From an uncultured Candidatus Saccharibacteria bacterium (GTDB lineage Bacteria > Patescibacteriota > Saccharimonadia > Saccharimonadales > JAGQNJ01), in assembly GCA_964602865.1 (NCBI GenBank), contig CAZRSX010000001.1, positions 19,940-83,939 on the forward strand: 64,000 bases of DNA. Reading direction: 5' to 3'. A program made the translations under genes and the position numbers. The first letter of the stretch is position 1. Every line of letters begins with the position of its first letter. The notes under the pieces are model-generated. The model was not told where the DNA came from. It saw only the letters and a list, made by a program, of their open reading frames with translations, and ran no database searches. Below, one piece after another: positions 9,297 to 19,752 of the stretch.

Positions 9297-9902
9297 ATGG
9301 AAAGAATCCGCAATCTGGTTCGGTCAGCAATGGGGGCTGTCGCGCGCGGTCTTGACAAGGCAACCGGGGGCAAATTATCCCCAAATGCGGTGACACTTTT
9401 TGGGCTGTTTATGCATATTCCTATCGCGCTGCTAATCGCCAGCGGCGACTATACGTTCGGTGCACTCCTGCTAATAGTGTTCGGGCTATTTGACACGCTC
9501 GACGGCCAGCTGGCCCGGCTGCAAAACAGGACAACGCAGTTTGGCATGTTTCTCGATTCGGTGACTGACCGCACCAAGGAAGTGCTCATCTATACGGGTC
9601 TTGCCTACTCATTCGTGGCACTGCACGAATCAACCCTGGCTATCTGGGCAGTTGCAGCCTGTGGGATTAGCCTGCTGATAAGCTATACCAACGCTTGGGG
9701 TGAAGCGGTCACAAGTGGAACAAAAACGCACCAAACCAATAAAAGATTCCGTGCCGGTATCATGAGTTTTGACGTGCGGATGGTTGTGTTGGTAGTTGCG
9801 CTCCTTGCTGACAAATTAGCAATTGGCCTTATCATTATCGTCGGGCTCGGTGTTATTACTGTTATTGAACGAGTTATGATAGTAAAAGGAAGACTCCGCT
9901 AA
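9297..9902 (+). CDS. CDP-alcohol phosphatidyltransferase family protein
   Basis: Trimmed from 9234 to the ATG at 9297. Contains DTLDGQLAR...GMFLDSVTDR, which is the D(x)2DG(x)2AR...G(x)3D(x)3D motif. Confidence 0.8.
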   Translation: MERIRNLVRSAMGAVARGLDKATGGKLSPNAVTLFGLFMHIPIALLIASGDYTFGALLLIVFGLFDTLDGQLARLQNRTTQFGMFLDSVTDRTKEVLIYTGLAYSFVALHESTLAIWAVAACGISLLISYTNAWGEAVTSGTKTHQTNKRFRAGIMSFDVRMVVLVVALLADKLAIGLIIIVGLGVITVIERVMIVKGRLR

Positions 9903-10549
9903 TGTACAAGATCGACCTGCATACCCATTCCATTGCCTCGCCGGACGGCGGCATCAGCCAAGACGAATATATGAACCTGCTTGAGGATGGCACATTGGAC
10001 TATGTTGCGGTGACCGACCATAATACCATTGAATTCGCCATTGCCCTGCAGAAGATGCTGGGCGACAAAATTATCGTCGGCGAAGAGATCATGACTCGCG
10101 AAGGCGAAGTGATCGGGCTGTTTCTGGAAACAGCAATTCCGGCGGGATTGTCCGCGCAGGAAACGATGGCCAGAATTCGCAAGCAGCATGGCGTCGTCTA
10201 TATACCCCACCCGCTTGAGACCGTTCGGTCCGGTGTGAGCAAAGCAACCCTTGAAACGCACGCCGATCTGGTCGATATTGTTGAGTCGTACAACGGGCGA
10301 GCGGTTTTTCAGAACAAAGGTCCGGAAGCCACCACCTGGGCCAGGCTCAATCAAAAGCCGGTGGCCGCTGCCAGCGATGCGCACGGACTCAAAGGCGTCG
10401 GCACCGCGTTTACGGTGATAAAAAAGAAGCCCGCCGCCACAAATCTGGCTGCTCAGATTGGGCTCGGTCATCTGACCATGCATCGGCCACCGCTTCACAC
10501 CTTGCTGAACCCAAAGACAAATCGTTTACTCAAAAGGTTGGGGCGATAG
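9902..10549 (+). CDS. PHP-domain metal-dependent phosphoesterase
   Basis: 215 aa. IDLHTHSIASPDG...VAVTDHNT...IPHP...ASDAHG are the PHP His/Asp motifs. Its start overlaps the upstream stop. Confidence 0.7.
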   Translation: MYKIDLHTHSIASPDGGISQDEYMNLLEDGTLDYVAVTDHNTIEFAIALQKMLGDKIIVGEEIMTREGEVIGLFLETAIPAGLSAQETMARIRKQHGVVYIPHPLETVRSGVSKATLETHADLVDIVESYNGRAVFQNKGPEATTWARLNQKPVAAASDAHGLKGVGTAFTVIKKKPAATNLAAQIGLGHLTMHRPPLHTLLNPKTNRLLKRLGR

Positions 10550-10550
10550 C

Positions 10551-11081
10551 ATGGATATTTTGTGGTTCGCACTTTGGGCCTTCTTGCCAGCTGGGCTGGC
10601 AAACGCGTCGCCAGTCGTCGCAGCCCGCCTGCCCCTCCTCCGCCGATTCAACACGCCTATTGACTTCGGCAAGCACTGGCACGGCAAACGCATCTTTGGC
10701 GACAGCAAAACCTGGCGCGGCCTCATTTTTGGCATTATCGTTGGGGCGGTAACTGGCTTATTGCAATCTTTTATCTTGCAGGATAGCGGCCAGGGATTTG
10801 TTGGCTTACTGGCTTTGGCATACGGTGGATTGCTTGGCTGTGGTGCGCTGGTGGGTGACGCCGTCGAAAGCTTTTTTAAGCGGCAGCTCAACATACCGTC
10901 TGGCGCCAGCTGGTTTCCGTTTGACCAGCTTGACTATGTATTCGGTGGGCTGTTATTTGCCAGTATTATGCAGCCATTCACACCGCAAGAATCAATTGCG
11001 ATTATTATTGTTTGGTTTGCGGTCCATGTCATAATCGTGTATGTCGGCTTTTTGCTCAACGTGCGTGATAAGCCTATCTAG
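10551..11081 (+). CDS. CDP-archaeol synthase (CarS/DUF46)-like membrane protein
   Basis: 176 aa. LPAGLANASPV...TPIDFGKHWHGKRIFGDSKTWRG...GDAVESFFKRQL...FDQLDYVFG resembles the CarS family pattern as I recall it. Confidence 0.6.
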   Translation: MDILWFALWAFLPAGLANASPVVAARLPLLRRFNTPIDFGKHWHGKRIFGDSKTWRGLIFGIIVGAVTGLLQSFILQDSGQGFVGLLALAYGGLLGCGALVGDAVESFFKRQLNIPSGASWFPFDQLDYVFGGLLFASIMQPFTPQESIAIIIVWFAVHVIIVYVGFLLNVRDKPI

Positions 11082-11803
11082 TATCGAGCACGCCTGAATG
11101 CTTCAACGCCAAACGCTTTTTGCAAAAAATCCTCATCAAATGCCGCGAACATACCGGCGGTCTGTGATGGCATGGCTTTGAGCGCCGCACATTTGCACCT
11201 GCACATCTCATCAGGCAGTTCATAGTACAGCGCGCACGCTTCAGGCTCCAGGAGTGCTGGCTTGTCGATGTTATAAAAAATATCGAGACGTTTATCCATT
11301 TGTTTGAGGTACTGCTCGTAATGCCCTGGTGCGTTCACGACGTGTAGGACACGGATGTCTGCGGCAGCCGCCGTCACTGCCTTATCGACCCAGCCGGAAA
11401 CACAGCAATGATCCGGATGACCGGTCAGGCCGTCTGGACCAAAGGTAATAACCGTGTCCGGCTTATGGGTATGCAGGAGCGCGGCAATTTTTGCGACTAC
11501 TGCTTGCTCGGGCGCGGCCTGGCAGGCGCCATCCCGATACCCTAACCATTCGTGTTGCCTAATGCCCAGAATTTTCAGAGCCGCCGCCAGCTCTTTTGCC
11601 CGTATATCACCAAGTTGTCTGGCTGGCCATTTCTTCTCATCTTGTACGCCAGCCTCGCCTTTTGTGGCCGTCACGCAAACCACCGTCTGACCGTTTTGGA
11701 CGGCGGTAGCCAGCAGACCGGCAGCCGCAAAAGTTTCGTCGTCCGGATGCGCCCAGACTGATAGAATCGTCCCTAGTTTTTTAATATCGTCTGAGGCGTG
11801 CAT
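11078..11803 (-). CDS. PIG-L/LmbE-family deacetylase
   Basis: 241 aa. ILSVWAHPDDETF and GHPDH motifs. Confidence 0.75.
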   Translation of the reverse strand: MHASDDIKKLGTILSVWAHPDDETFAAAGLLATAVQNGQTVVCVTATKGEAGVQDEKKWPARQLGDIRAKELAAALKILGIRQHEWLGYRDGACQAAPEQAVVAKIAALLHTHKPDTVITFGPDGLTGHPDHCCVSGWVDKAVTAAAADIRVLHVVNAPGHYEQYLKQMDKRLDIFYNIDKPALLEPEACALYYELPDEMCRCKCAALKAMPSQTAGMFAAFDEDFLQKAFGVEAFRRARY

Positions 11804-11806
11804 GGC

Positions 11807-12838
11807 TCAGGCGCCGGCTAGCTCGGCTTTCATTTTTTCGATTAAATCAACGGGTGTTGGATTGAGCCCATTCAACAGCGCCGTGTACAAACTGACAAAA
11901 TCACCCAGTGCCACCGCCCATAATAGTTGCTGTAATATGCCCTCACCCCGCACGTCTACGACAATCGGGTGTGGCCGTTTGCCGGATAGCAGCTTCTCGG
12001 TTACAGTGAAACGTTTTTGGACTTGCGGATGCTCTATACTGCTTCTTAGATCTATAACTGTATAGGGTTTATCGACCGGATGGCTGGTCCAGCCCAAGAA
12101 CTCATTGTGACTAAACTCCGGGAACTGCCCTGCCCAGGCGACGTTTTTGGCGTTTTCGTTAAAACTAATTTTCCACTTGTAGGCCACCGGATACATGAAC
12201 GAACCGGCGTAGACCACCATGGAACGGCCAACGCTATCAAGCGCGATCTGTTTGGCGCGGTTGTCCTTTGCAGCCACGGTTGGTAGCCAGCGCTTGACTG
12301 TTTCCTGCAGAAACAGAGCCTCTCGTTCCAGGCTGGCGGCCGCTTTCTGGGTAATACCCGCAGCGTCAAGCAAGCTCATCAAGGCTTTATAGCTCGCCAG
12401 TGTAGCAAACCGCGGTTGGAAACCGCTCGGCAGTTCCAGCAGTGCGTAGTGGTTGGCCTTGGCAATCTCAGCCAGCTTACCGCCTGAGGTAATTACGGCG
12501 ATCTGGGCGCGGCTGGCTTGTGCTTTTTCGAGCGCTTCCAGTGTTTCCTCAGTATTGCCCGAGTAGCTCGAGGCGATAAACAATGTGTTCGGGCCAACGT
12601 ACGGTGGAATCGTGTAGTCGCGCGATATTTGAAACGGCACATCATAGCTCGGCCAGGTGGTGCTTAAGAGTGCAGCGAGTGCTGAGCCGCCCATGCCTGC
12701 AAACACGATATTTTCGATTTGCGCGCCTTTTTCCCAGGTTACTGGGAAAGGGTGTTGCAGCTGCTGATATTGTTTTTCGGCAATACCCAAGGCGTCTTGG
12801 GCGTCTTTTTGGTGAATGTATTTCAGATCGTCTAACAT
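11807..12838 (-). CDS. bifunctional phosphoglucose/phosphomannose isomerase-like SIS-domain protein
   Basis: Trimmed to the ATG at complement 12836-12838 (MLDDLKYIHQKD...); the alternative start is 12895. SIS pattern GMGGSA...SYSGNTEET. Confidence 0.7.
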   Translation of the reverse strand: MLDDLKYIHQKDAQDALGIAEKQYQQLQHPFPVTWEKGAQIENIVFAGMGGSALAALLSTTWPSYDVPFQISRDYTIPPYVGPNTLFIASSYSGNTEETLEALEKAQASRAQIAVITSGGKLAEIAKANHYALLELPSGFQPRFATLASYKALMSLLDAAGITQKAAASLEREALFLQETVKRWLPTVAAKDNRAKQIALDSVGRSMVVYAGSFMYPVAYKWKISFNENAKNVAWAGQFPEFSHNEFLGWTSHPVDKPYTVIDLRSSIEHPQVQKRFTVTEKLLSGKRPHPIVVDVRGEGILQQLLWAVALGDFVSLYTALLNGLNPTPVDLIEKMKAELAGA

Positions 12839-12938
12839 CGTGAACAGGTCTCCCGTTTGGCTTATCACTTTTAGTATACGATAGCTTGCCACCAAGCGTC
12901 TAACAATGCTATGCTTACATATAGATTAAGGAGGTGGG

Positions 12939-13328
12939 ATGTTCGACGATAATCAAGATAATACACAGCAAGACAATCAAGCTCAGCCGGTAGTAACGCC
13001 GGACGTACCAGCTACAGACGCGGCCCCAGATGACACGCCGCAGCAGCAAGACGGCACCGGCACCGCTGCGCCAGCGAGCGCAATAGATAGTGACTTACTC
13101 GAAATAAAACGCAGTGCCTTGCAGGATTTGTCGCCGCTGCTTGACCAGCTTGACCAAGAGCCGGAAGAGCGCTTCCAGACTACCATGATGATGGTCCAGG
13201 CGACCGACGACAAAAGTCTGGTGCCAAAGGCATATGAGGCTGCCAAGCAGATTAAAAAAGACAAAGAACGCGCTCAGGCGCTGCTTGATATCGTCAACGA
13301 AATCAACTACTTCACCCAAGGCAAGTAA
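12939..13328 (+). CDS. hypothetical acidic protein
   Basis: 129 aa. Strong RBS AAGGAGGTGGGATG. Confidence 0.5.
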   Translation: MFDDNQDNTQQDNQAQPVVTPDVPATDAAPDDTPQQQDGTGTAAPASAIDSDLLEIKRSALQDLSPLLDQLDQEPEERFQTTMMMVQATDDKSLVPKAYEAAKQIKKDKERAQALLDIVNEINYFTQGK

Positions 13329-13341
13329 GCTAACTAGTACG

Positions 13342-13830
13342 TTAGCTTACTTGTTTCTTGCGAGCGAGCACTTCGTAGGCGAGAGCAGCAACCAGAACAG
13401 TACCAACGAATAGTGCGATAACATCGCCCGGACCAGTGTCTGGCGTTTGGGTCAGGGTTGAATTTGTGCTGCTAGTACCGCTGCTCTCTGTACTTTCACT
13501 TTCAGTTGAGTCACCAGGCAATGTGCTCGGCGTGCTGCTTTGCGATTCGCTATCTGATTCTTGATCACTGACTGGCGGCGGAGCCGCAACTTCTTCAGTA
13601 GACTGTTCGCTGCTGGTTGGCGCCGGTGCTTCATCAGTAAAGAATTGTTGCCATACAAAGCGGCCGGCAAAGTATAGAGCGGCTGCAATTGCCAAAGTCA
13701 ACAGTAGTGTTAACAACCCGAACAACACCGCCGAACCGCGTCGAGAGCGCTGCGTCGACTGGTAATACTCGCGAACTTCTTCGGGCAGCTCGCTGTTTTG
13801 TACTTGCTTATTACGATTCCAAAATGCCAT
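13342..13830 (-). CDS. hypothetical membrane protein with an S/T/E-rich low-complexity region
   Basis: Trimmed to MAFWNRNK (ATG at complement 13828-13830, preceded by TGGAG). Two hydrophobic helices flank an acidic S/T-rich stretch. Confidence 0.5.
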   Translation of the reverse strand: MAFWNRNKQVQNSELPEEVREYYQSTQRSRRGSAVLFGLLTLLLTLAIAAALYFAGRFVWQQFFTDEAPAPTSSEQSTEEVAAPPPVSDQESDSESQSSTPSTLPGDSTESESTESSGTSSTNSTLTQTPDTGPGDVIALFVGTVLVAALAYEVLARKKQVS

Positions 13831-13890
13831 AGAAAACTCCAATTTCTATGGCAATAATACTACAAAGTCGTATTTTATGCAAGAAAAGGC

Positions 13891-14634
13891 TTACGGCTTG
13901 GCTTTTTCCCAGATATCGTCAAACAGCATTCTCAGCGTTTGCGCGATCACGGCATCAGTCAAAATTGTATTGATCACTCGCGGTTTATAGGTCGTAAACA
14001 AACATTTGTCACCGTACACCACGAACTCACCCGGGTATTCTCGTTCACCCCAGAAGCGAATGGTCATGCCCTGCTTTTTGAGACGTTCGAATTCAAGCGA
14101 CGTGCGCAATGATTCCGGGAAGATAATTTTGGATTTTACGCCCAACTTTGCGCGTTTATTTACTCCACTCTGCAAAATATCCCACGCCTCGGGAATATGC
14201 GGCGAATCACCACTCGGAATAATACGCGCTGTTTCTTTGGATCGAGCCATGTCATCCAGGGCTGCCCTCAGCCCATCCAGACCTTCAAGATACACGACAC
14301 CTGGCTTGAGCTGCCCAAGGTTGTATAACGATTGTAGCTTGGGCAATGCTTGATTTAACGTCGTATTCGCCTGTTTTAGCTCATGTTGTCGATTCATAAG
14401 CAGCCGCTTCAGATTGGCTGGCTCAGTTGCGCGGTAGCGGCGCACGGCCTGACTTTCATCTGTTTCCACCAAACCTACTTTGTCCAAATTTTCCAGAATC
14501 ATATAGGTGTTAGTGCGCGTTTCGCCGATCTGTTTGGCCAGCATCGCGGCCGTCGTTCGCCCATTTTCAAGCAACACCACATAGCACTTGGCTTCTTTAT
14601 CACGTAAGCCCAGGTCTTTTAATATGTCTTGCAT
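13891..14634 (-). CDS. TrmB-like winged-helix transcriptional regulator
   Basis: Trimmed to MQDILKDLGLRDKEAKCYVVLLENGRTTAAMLAKQIGETRTNTYMILENLDKVGLV (TrmB N-terminal pattern). A paralog lies at 34496-35248. Confidence 0.6.
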   Translation of the reverse strand: MQDILKDLGLRDKEAKCYVVLLENGRTTAAMLAKQIGETRTNTYMILENLDKVGLVETDESQAVRRYRATEPANLKRLLMNRQHELKQANTTLNQALPKLQSLYNLGQLKPGVVYLEGLDGLRAALDDMARSKETARIIPSGDSPHIPEAWDILQSGVNKRAKLGVKSKIIFPESLRTSLEFERLKKQGMTIRFWGEREYPGEFVVYGDKCLFTTYKPRVINTILTDAVIAQTLRMLFDDIWEKAKP

Positions 14635-14805
14635 ACGCTGTACTATATCGCAGAAGACATATTTTGTCAATCTCAATTTGACATTTTTACCCTCTGTTAT
14701 TATCATTTTCGTTACGTTATGATTGACTATAATGAATAAACATTATATTCTAGGTGCTTCTGCTCGGCCTCGGGTGGGAATTAACACAAGTAGAAGGAGA
14801 AATGT

Positions 14806-15021
14806 ATGAACCCAGAAATTAATTGGGATGACCCGGCTGCGGTTGAAGCAGCACTACAGGCTGAAGGCCTTGGCGATATTGACAAGGATGTTCAGAGCTC
14901 AAAAGATCGGCATGTTGGTGTCGGCCGGCAGGCTATGGTTGCCGCTGGTAGCGAACAAGACCAGGCCGATTTTGCTGAAGATATGGCCGAAGATGTCAAT
15001 CTTGATGATTATTTAGGATAG
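14806..15021 (+). CDS. hypothetical acidic protein
   Basis: 71 aa. RBS GAAGGAGAAATGTATG. First of three same-strand genes. Confidence 0.4.
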   Translation: MNPEINWDDPAAVEAALQAEGLGDIDKDVQSSKDRHVGVGRQAMVAAGSEQDQADFAEDMAEDVNLDDYLG

Positions 15022-15025
15022 GAAA

Positions 15026-15649
15026 ATGGAAAAAGAAACTAAACAAATAGCAATTGAACCACACGACACCGAACAATCAATAGCGCTTGAGCTACTCGAG
15101 CACGCTGCCCAGCGCAGCGGTGATATCGTACTTCACCCGGCTGCTGTCCAGACAATAGTCGCCCGCTACCAAGGCGATGTAATTGGTGCTGCTATGGCCA
15201 CCGACATGACTGCCGTTATGGCTGCCGAGTTGCCGCTTGACGGCGAACTAACCGATATCGAAATCGATCCGGTCGATGATCTCGTCGATCTGTTGCGCAG
15301 CCATGGTCTGGCCGGTATACCGGTCGACCAGATTGCTGGCCAGCTCAATGTTGATTTTTCGTTGGGCGCCCTTAACGGTATCCTGACGCTGAACGCAATG
15401 TTAAGCGACGGCAGCCTTGGTCACATGGACGAGCTGCGTAAGAGTTTTGCAACTTCAATTGTCGATGCCGAAGAGGATAAAGCCGAAAGACTACTGGTTG
15501 AATTAACTGAAGATCTCGATGAAGATGAATCGCTTGATGACACCCATCTTTTTGACTGGGACGAAAACGGCGACGAAAATGACGAAACTCTTGGCGACAA
15601 CCGGCAGACAATTACCGCTGCCGACGGCCAAGAATTTGAAATCGACTAG
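15026..15649 (+). CDS. hypothetical acidic protein
   Basis: 207 aa with a D/E-rich C-terminus, 4 nt after the previous stop. Confidence 0.5.
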   Translation: MEKETKQIAIEPHDTEQSIALELLEHAAQRSGDIVLHPAAVQTIVARYQGDVIGAAMATDMTAVMAAELPLDGELTDIEIDPVDDLVDLLRSHGLAGIPVDQIAGQLNVDFSLGALNGILTLNAMLSDGSLGHMDELRKSFATSIVDAEEDKAERLLVELTEDLDEDESLDDTHLFDWDENGDENDETLGDNRQTITAADGQEFEID

Positions 15650-15660
15650 CCGGAGCCGCC

Positions 15661-16722
15661 ATGCCCGCCTACGAACAACCCGTACAACCCGATAGGATAC
15701 ACGCCGTAAGCTCGGCTATTGAGCAGCTCGGCGTACGTCCTGATCTTGTCGCCGAACTCCGGCCTGATGAAGCCAGGTTGGTACTTGCCAGTCTGGCAAA
15801 ATCACTAGCCACCCTGGTTCATCCCGACAGAGGCAAACGACGTTCTGTTCTTGGACTCGATGTTGCCGATATCAACCAGCTCAGCGCACTCATTGCGCAC
15901 TCGGACGACGCAACGCTCGGCGAAGTTATAGATACAACAGCCAAAACCAGTCTGATCGTGCAATACCAACAACGAGAAGCAGAACTTCAGAGCGAGGTGT
16001 CGCATCAAACAAAGGTAAGCGAACAGCTGGCTCTGACAACGCTCCGCGGCTGCGAATCACTGGCAAATGATGTGAATGCCAGTCTGGTGGCACCGCTGTA
16101 CAGCCCCGAATTGTCAAACCCGACCGCGTACTTAACACTAGGTATTAAGAATGGCGTTATTGTCGAAGCTATAGAGGCCGAACCCAAAGGAGCGCTGCTT
16201 TCGTCGCTACCAGATAATACTCGGCAAATACTTGAGGAGATACGCCCTAATCTTACCGATGAGGCAATGTACGTCCATCTCGACCGACTTTTTCCACAAC
16301 AAGAAGACATGAATGGCTGGGCATTGCTCACCGATGCTACAGCAAAAGATAATCCCAGCATCAAAAAAGCTGCTATCAAATTCTTGGGGACAAGCCAGAA
16401 ATCAACACCAGCAGGCCATTTGATTGGCGCATATTTAATCGGAGCGTACACGTACGATCAGATTAACGAATCCGAGGAGAGTCGCCACGTTGGTAGTGCC
16501 GACAAAATGTTGAAAAAAATAGCACTGACACGCAGTGCCACTCGTCTCCGTACACCAGAGCTTGTCCACCTTATGACCAAGGGTTACATTGAGCCTTTTG
16601 ACGGAACAAGTACCCAACAAAAAGCCAGGCTAGTATTTTACAAACCAAACGCCCATGGCAACAACGGCACCGGTTATATAGCACCCGAGATTGTTGCCAT
16701 AGAGCCGATCGCTGACGTATAA
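15661..16722 (+). CDS. hypothetical protein
   Basis: 353-aa ORF in the same operon-like run. No motif recognised. Confidence 0.5.
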   Translation: MPAYEQPVQPDRIHAVSSAIEQLGVRPDLVAELRPDEARLVLASLAKSLATLVHPDRGKRRSVLGLDVADINQLSALIAHSDDATLGEVIDTTAKTSLIVQYQQREAELQSEVSHQTKVSEQLALTTLRGCESLANDVNASLVAPLYSPELSNPTAYLTLGIKNGVIVEAIEAEPKGALLSSLPDNTRQILEEIRPNLTDEAMYVHLDRLFPQQEDMNGWALLTDATAKDNPSIKKAAIKFLGTSQKSTPAGHLIGAYLIGAYTYDQINESEESRHVGSADKMLKKIALTRSATRLRTPELVHLMTKGYIEPFDGTSTQQKARLVFYKPNAHGNNGTGYIAPEIVAIEPIADV

Positions 16723-16766
16723 CGGCTCCGTCGAACCGCCCCCTTGGGATACCCCCAGAGAGGGTG

Positions 16767-18413
16767 CTACATCATGCCCATGCCGCCGGGCATACCGCCA
16801 CCGGCTGGCATGGCTGGTTCATCTTTGGGCACTTCAACCACCAACGCGCCCATGGTCATGCTGGTGCCGGCAATTGAGCTGGCATTTTGAATGGCTCCCC
16901 TAGTCACGCGAGCGGGATCAACCACGCCAGCGCTTTTCAGATCAACCAGTTTTGTTGGGTTGTTCACATCAACGCCCTGCCCTAGTTTGGCAGCCTTGAC
17001 CTGTGGCAGCCACTCATCAGCGTTCAGACCGGCGTTTGTCAGCAAAATACGGAATGGTTGCTCAAGCGCGCTTTGCAAAATCTGCGCACCAGCAGCTTGC
17101 GAATCGGTACCAGTGATCTTGATAGCAGTGGCCAGGTTTACCAGCGTGACACCACCACCAGGCACAATGCCTTCCTCCAGTGCTGCTTTGGTGGCTGCCA
17201 CGGCATCATCAACACGGAATTTCTTTTCTTCGATTTCGGTTTCGGTCGCCCCGCCAACCTTGATAACCGCCACTTTGCCTTCCAGCGCCGCCCGGCGTTT
17301 GTCGTAGTTTTCTTTATCGTACTCGCTCGAGGCATTGTCTGCCTGGGCAACAATCTGGGCGATACGCTGTTTCAGCGCCGCCACCGAGCCAGCGCCTTCG
17401 ATCAAGGTCGTTTCATCTTTGGTCACAATCGCTTTTCGAGCCGTGCCGACCACGTCAAGATCGACGTTCTCAAACGTCATGCCCTGTTCTTCAGAAATAA
17501 CCTGCCCACCGGTCAGAATCGCAATGTCTTCAAGCACTTCTTTGCGACGATCACCAAACGCCGGCGCCTTGACGGCAACGGCGTTGAGCACGCCCTTGAG
17601 CTTGTTCAGCACCAGCGTGCCAAGCGCTTCGCCCTCGATATCTTCGGCAATGATCAGAATGTCTTTTTTGTTGGTTTGTGCCAGCTTTTCTAGCAGTGGC
17701 AGAAATTCCTGAATGGACGTAATTTTTTTGTCTGTAATCACAATCGCCGGCTTGTCGATGACCGCTTCCATGCGGGTCATATCGGTCGCCATCAGGCCGC
17801 TGACAAAGCCTTTGTCCATGGTGAACCCTTCCACCACTTCGCTCTCCAGCTGCAAGCTTTGGCCTTCCTCGACCGTCACAACACCATCTTTACCGACTTT
17901 TTCGATAACTTCGGCGATCAGTTCACCGATTTCACTATCACCGGCACTGATGGTGGCAACCTCGGCCACGCGCTTTTTGTTGGCCTTGATGTCTTCGCGC
18001 ATGCCGTCGAGTTTCTTGATGACATCCTGCGCAGCCTGCTCCAGACCTTTTCGAAGCAGCATTGGGTTATGTCCCGCAGCAATTAGCTTGTTAGCTTCGT
18101 TTAAGATGTGATACGTCAGTACCGTGACCGTCGTCGTGCCGTCACCAGCCACGTCGTTCATCTTGTTGGCGGCTTCTTTGATAAGCTCAGCGCCCACTTT
18201 GTAGCCCAGCGTTTCGTCGTCTTTGTCCTCTATCTCGACACCTTTGGCGACAGTCACACCGTCGTGCGTGACGGTTGGATTGCCGTAACTCTTGTCAATA
18301 ACCACGTTGCGACCCTTTGGCCCCATGGTTGTTTTGACTGCGTTGTATAAAATTTGGGCGCCAGCCAGCACACGGCGGCGGGCGTCATCATCATAAAAAA
18401 CTTTCTTTGCCAT
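16767..18413 (-). CDS. groL: chaperonin GroEL
   Basis: 548 aa. [11 protein letters not shown], a GGM-rich C-terminus (PGGMGMM) and full-length GroEL-like sequence. Confidence 0.97.
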   Translation of the reverse strand: MAKKVFYDDDARRRVLAGAQILYNAVKTTMGPKGRNVVIDKSYGNPTVTHDGVTVAKGVEIEDKDDETLGYKVGAELIKEAANKMNDVAGDGTTTVTVLTYHILNEANKLIAAGHNPMLLRKGLEQAAQDVIKKLDGMREDIKANKKRVAEVATISAGDSEIGELIAEVIEKVGKDGVVTVEEGQSLQLESEVVEGFTMDKGFVSGLMATDMTRMEAVIDKPAIVITDKKITSIQEFLPLLEKLAQTNKKDILIIAEDIEGEALGTLVLNKLKGVLNAVAVKAPAFGDRRKEVLEDIAILTGGQVISEEQGMTFENVDLDVVGTARKAIVTKDETTLIEGAGSVAALKQRIAQIVAQADNASSEYDKENYDKRRAALEGKVAVIKVGGATETEIEEKKFRVDDAVAATKAALEEGIVPGGGVTLVNLATAIKITGTDSQAAGAQILQSALEQPFRILLTNAGLNADEWLPQVKAAKLGQGVDVNNPTKLVDLKSAGVVDPARVTRGAIQNASSIAGTSMTMGALVVEVPKDEPAMPAGGGMPGGMGMM

Positions 18414-18523
18414 TTTCAGATCTCCTTTCAGTCGAGATAGATTATAGAAGTTAGATTGTAGAATGTAGAACCTTTTGATTGTTGTCTCATTCTTTTTTCT
18501 ATAATCTTCATTCTTGCTTCTTA

Positions 18524-18793
18524 CTATTTAACTGTTGCAATTATATTTTTATAAAAAATAACCGAGTACTCGTCCGCACCAAATTTAACTTTAGTTGCTT
18601 CGTACTCATTTTGGTAAATAACCTTATCACCAACTTTTACCCCTGTTACTGTGCTTCCCACGGCCACAACTTTGGCAGTTTTGGGCTTTTCTTTAGCGTT
18701 ATCGGGCAGGTACAGGCCGCTGGCGGTTTTGGCGCTTGCTTCCTCGGCTTGCACGACAACATATTCGGGCATTGGGTTAATAGGTGCTCCCAT
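18524..18793 (-). CDS. groS: co-chaperonin GroES
   Basis: 89 aa. YVVVQ...ASGLYLPDNAKEKP...GKVVAVG pattern. RBS GGAGG 10 nt upstream. Confidence 0.9.
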   Translation of the reverse strand: MGAPINPMPEYVVVQAEEASAKTASGLYLPDNAKEKPKTAKVVAVGSTVTGVKVGDKVIYQNEYEATKVKFGADEYSVIFYKNIIATVK

Positions 18794-18839
18794 AATGACA
18801 AACCTCCTCTTTAGTTCAAGGCTATTCTACCGAATAAAA

Positions 18840-18866
18840 TTAGCACTTGCAACCCTCGAGTGCTAA
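18840..18866. promoter_or_regulatory. CIRCE operator (HrcA binding site) upstream of groES
   Basis: TTAGCACTT-GCAACCCTC-GAGTGCTAA against the consensus TTAGCACTC-N9-GAGTGCTAA. Confidence 0.85.
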
Positions 18867-18867
18867 T

Positions 18868-19674
18868 TTAGGCTGCTTCAGGAATTCTGGCGTTCTTGTG
18901 CCCATTACGAGCGATTAAACTTACAACGTAGCTATCAGTTGGATCGTTTGCTGGAGATTGGGGATCGGCAAACTGTGCATAGACCGAGTGCCACACAGCA
19001 ACCTGACCAAGCTTGGGATCTTCCCACACCCCTCCTCGTTCTGGTCGCTCGTCAATCAGCGTTACGTCGCCAGGTGCCTGTGTATCAACATTGAAAGGAG
19101 TAAGTTCGACTCTTCGTGTACCGAGAATGCCGCGCATTTTTGTCAGACATACATCCCGAGTGGCTCTATGCATAAAGTCTTCGTCAGTACCAGGAAGGAT
19201 AATGCTCTGAGGAACAACCCAAAGCGCTGAGTCTCTTAGCCCAAGTATGGACACCATGCCCACTAGTGAAGGCTTTGTATTTTCACCAAAATTAGCATCT
19301 CTGTGCGGTGCGAGACCGTTACGGCTACGTGGGTTATAGGACTTTATGGTGAGCGACACAGGACGTTCTCCAGTAAGATCTCCCAGGTTTGCCCTGATGC
19401 CCTGCACAGTTTGACTGAACTCACTTGAAACTCTTTCGAGAGTCTCTATCCCTGCTTTGTTAAGAGTCCCTCCTTTTTTGATTGTCTCCGAGTGACCTAA
19501 AAGATCAGGATATTTGCCGACACTCCTGCCTTCTGCTAAGTCCACCAAAAAAGAAGCCATTGATGCTATCTCGTCAGTACATTCCAGAGATGACCGCATA
19601 GTCGCATTCTCTAGCCGACGATTCTGATCGCCGCTGTGACCAATCCGCTGCAATTTATTATGTGACTTTGCCAT
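18868..19674 (-). CDS. hypothetical protein (possible 2OG-Fe(II)-oxygenase-like HxD...H pattern)
   Basis: ORF-track entry 18868-20061 trimmed to MAKSHNK (ATG at complement 19672-19674), because the longer form overlaps the well-supported plus-strand gene at 19753. APHRDANF and VAVWHSV are only weak hints. Confidence 0.45.
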   Translation of the reverse strand: MAKSHNKLQRIGHSGDQNRRLENATMRSSLECTDEIASMASFLVDLAEGRSVGKYPDLLGHSETIKKGGTLNKAGIETLERVSSEFSQTVQGIRANLGDLTGERPVSLTIKSYNPRSRNGLAPHRDANFGENTKPSLVGMVSILGLRDSALWVVPQSIILPGTDEDFMHRATRDVCLTKMRGILGTRRVELTPFNVDTQAPGDVTLIDERPERGGVWEDPKLGQVAVWHSVYAQFADPQSPANDPTDSYVVSLIARNGHKNARIPEAA

Positions 19675-19752
19675 AAACGTACCTGATTTTGTAAGATTAT
19701 ACCATTTTACTCCATCGACTTCAAGGTTAGAATATTTGTTACAATAGTACTT

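Noticed and set aside
16891-18350. Multiple long plus-strand ORFs antisense to groEL
   Set aside because: These are typical antisense open frames in a GC-rich, highly expressed gene. Their products are low-complexity (S/A/P/R-rich), while groEL on the minus strand is unambiguous.
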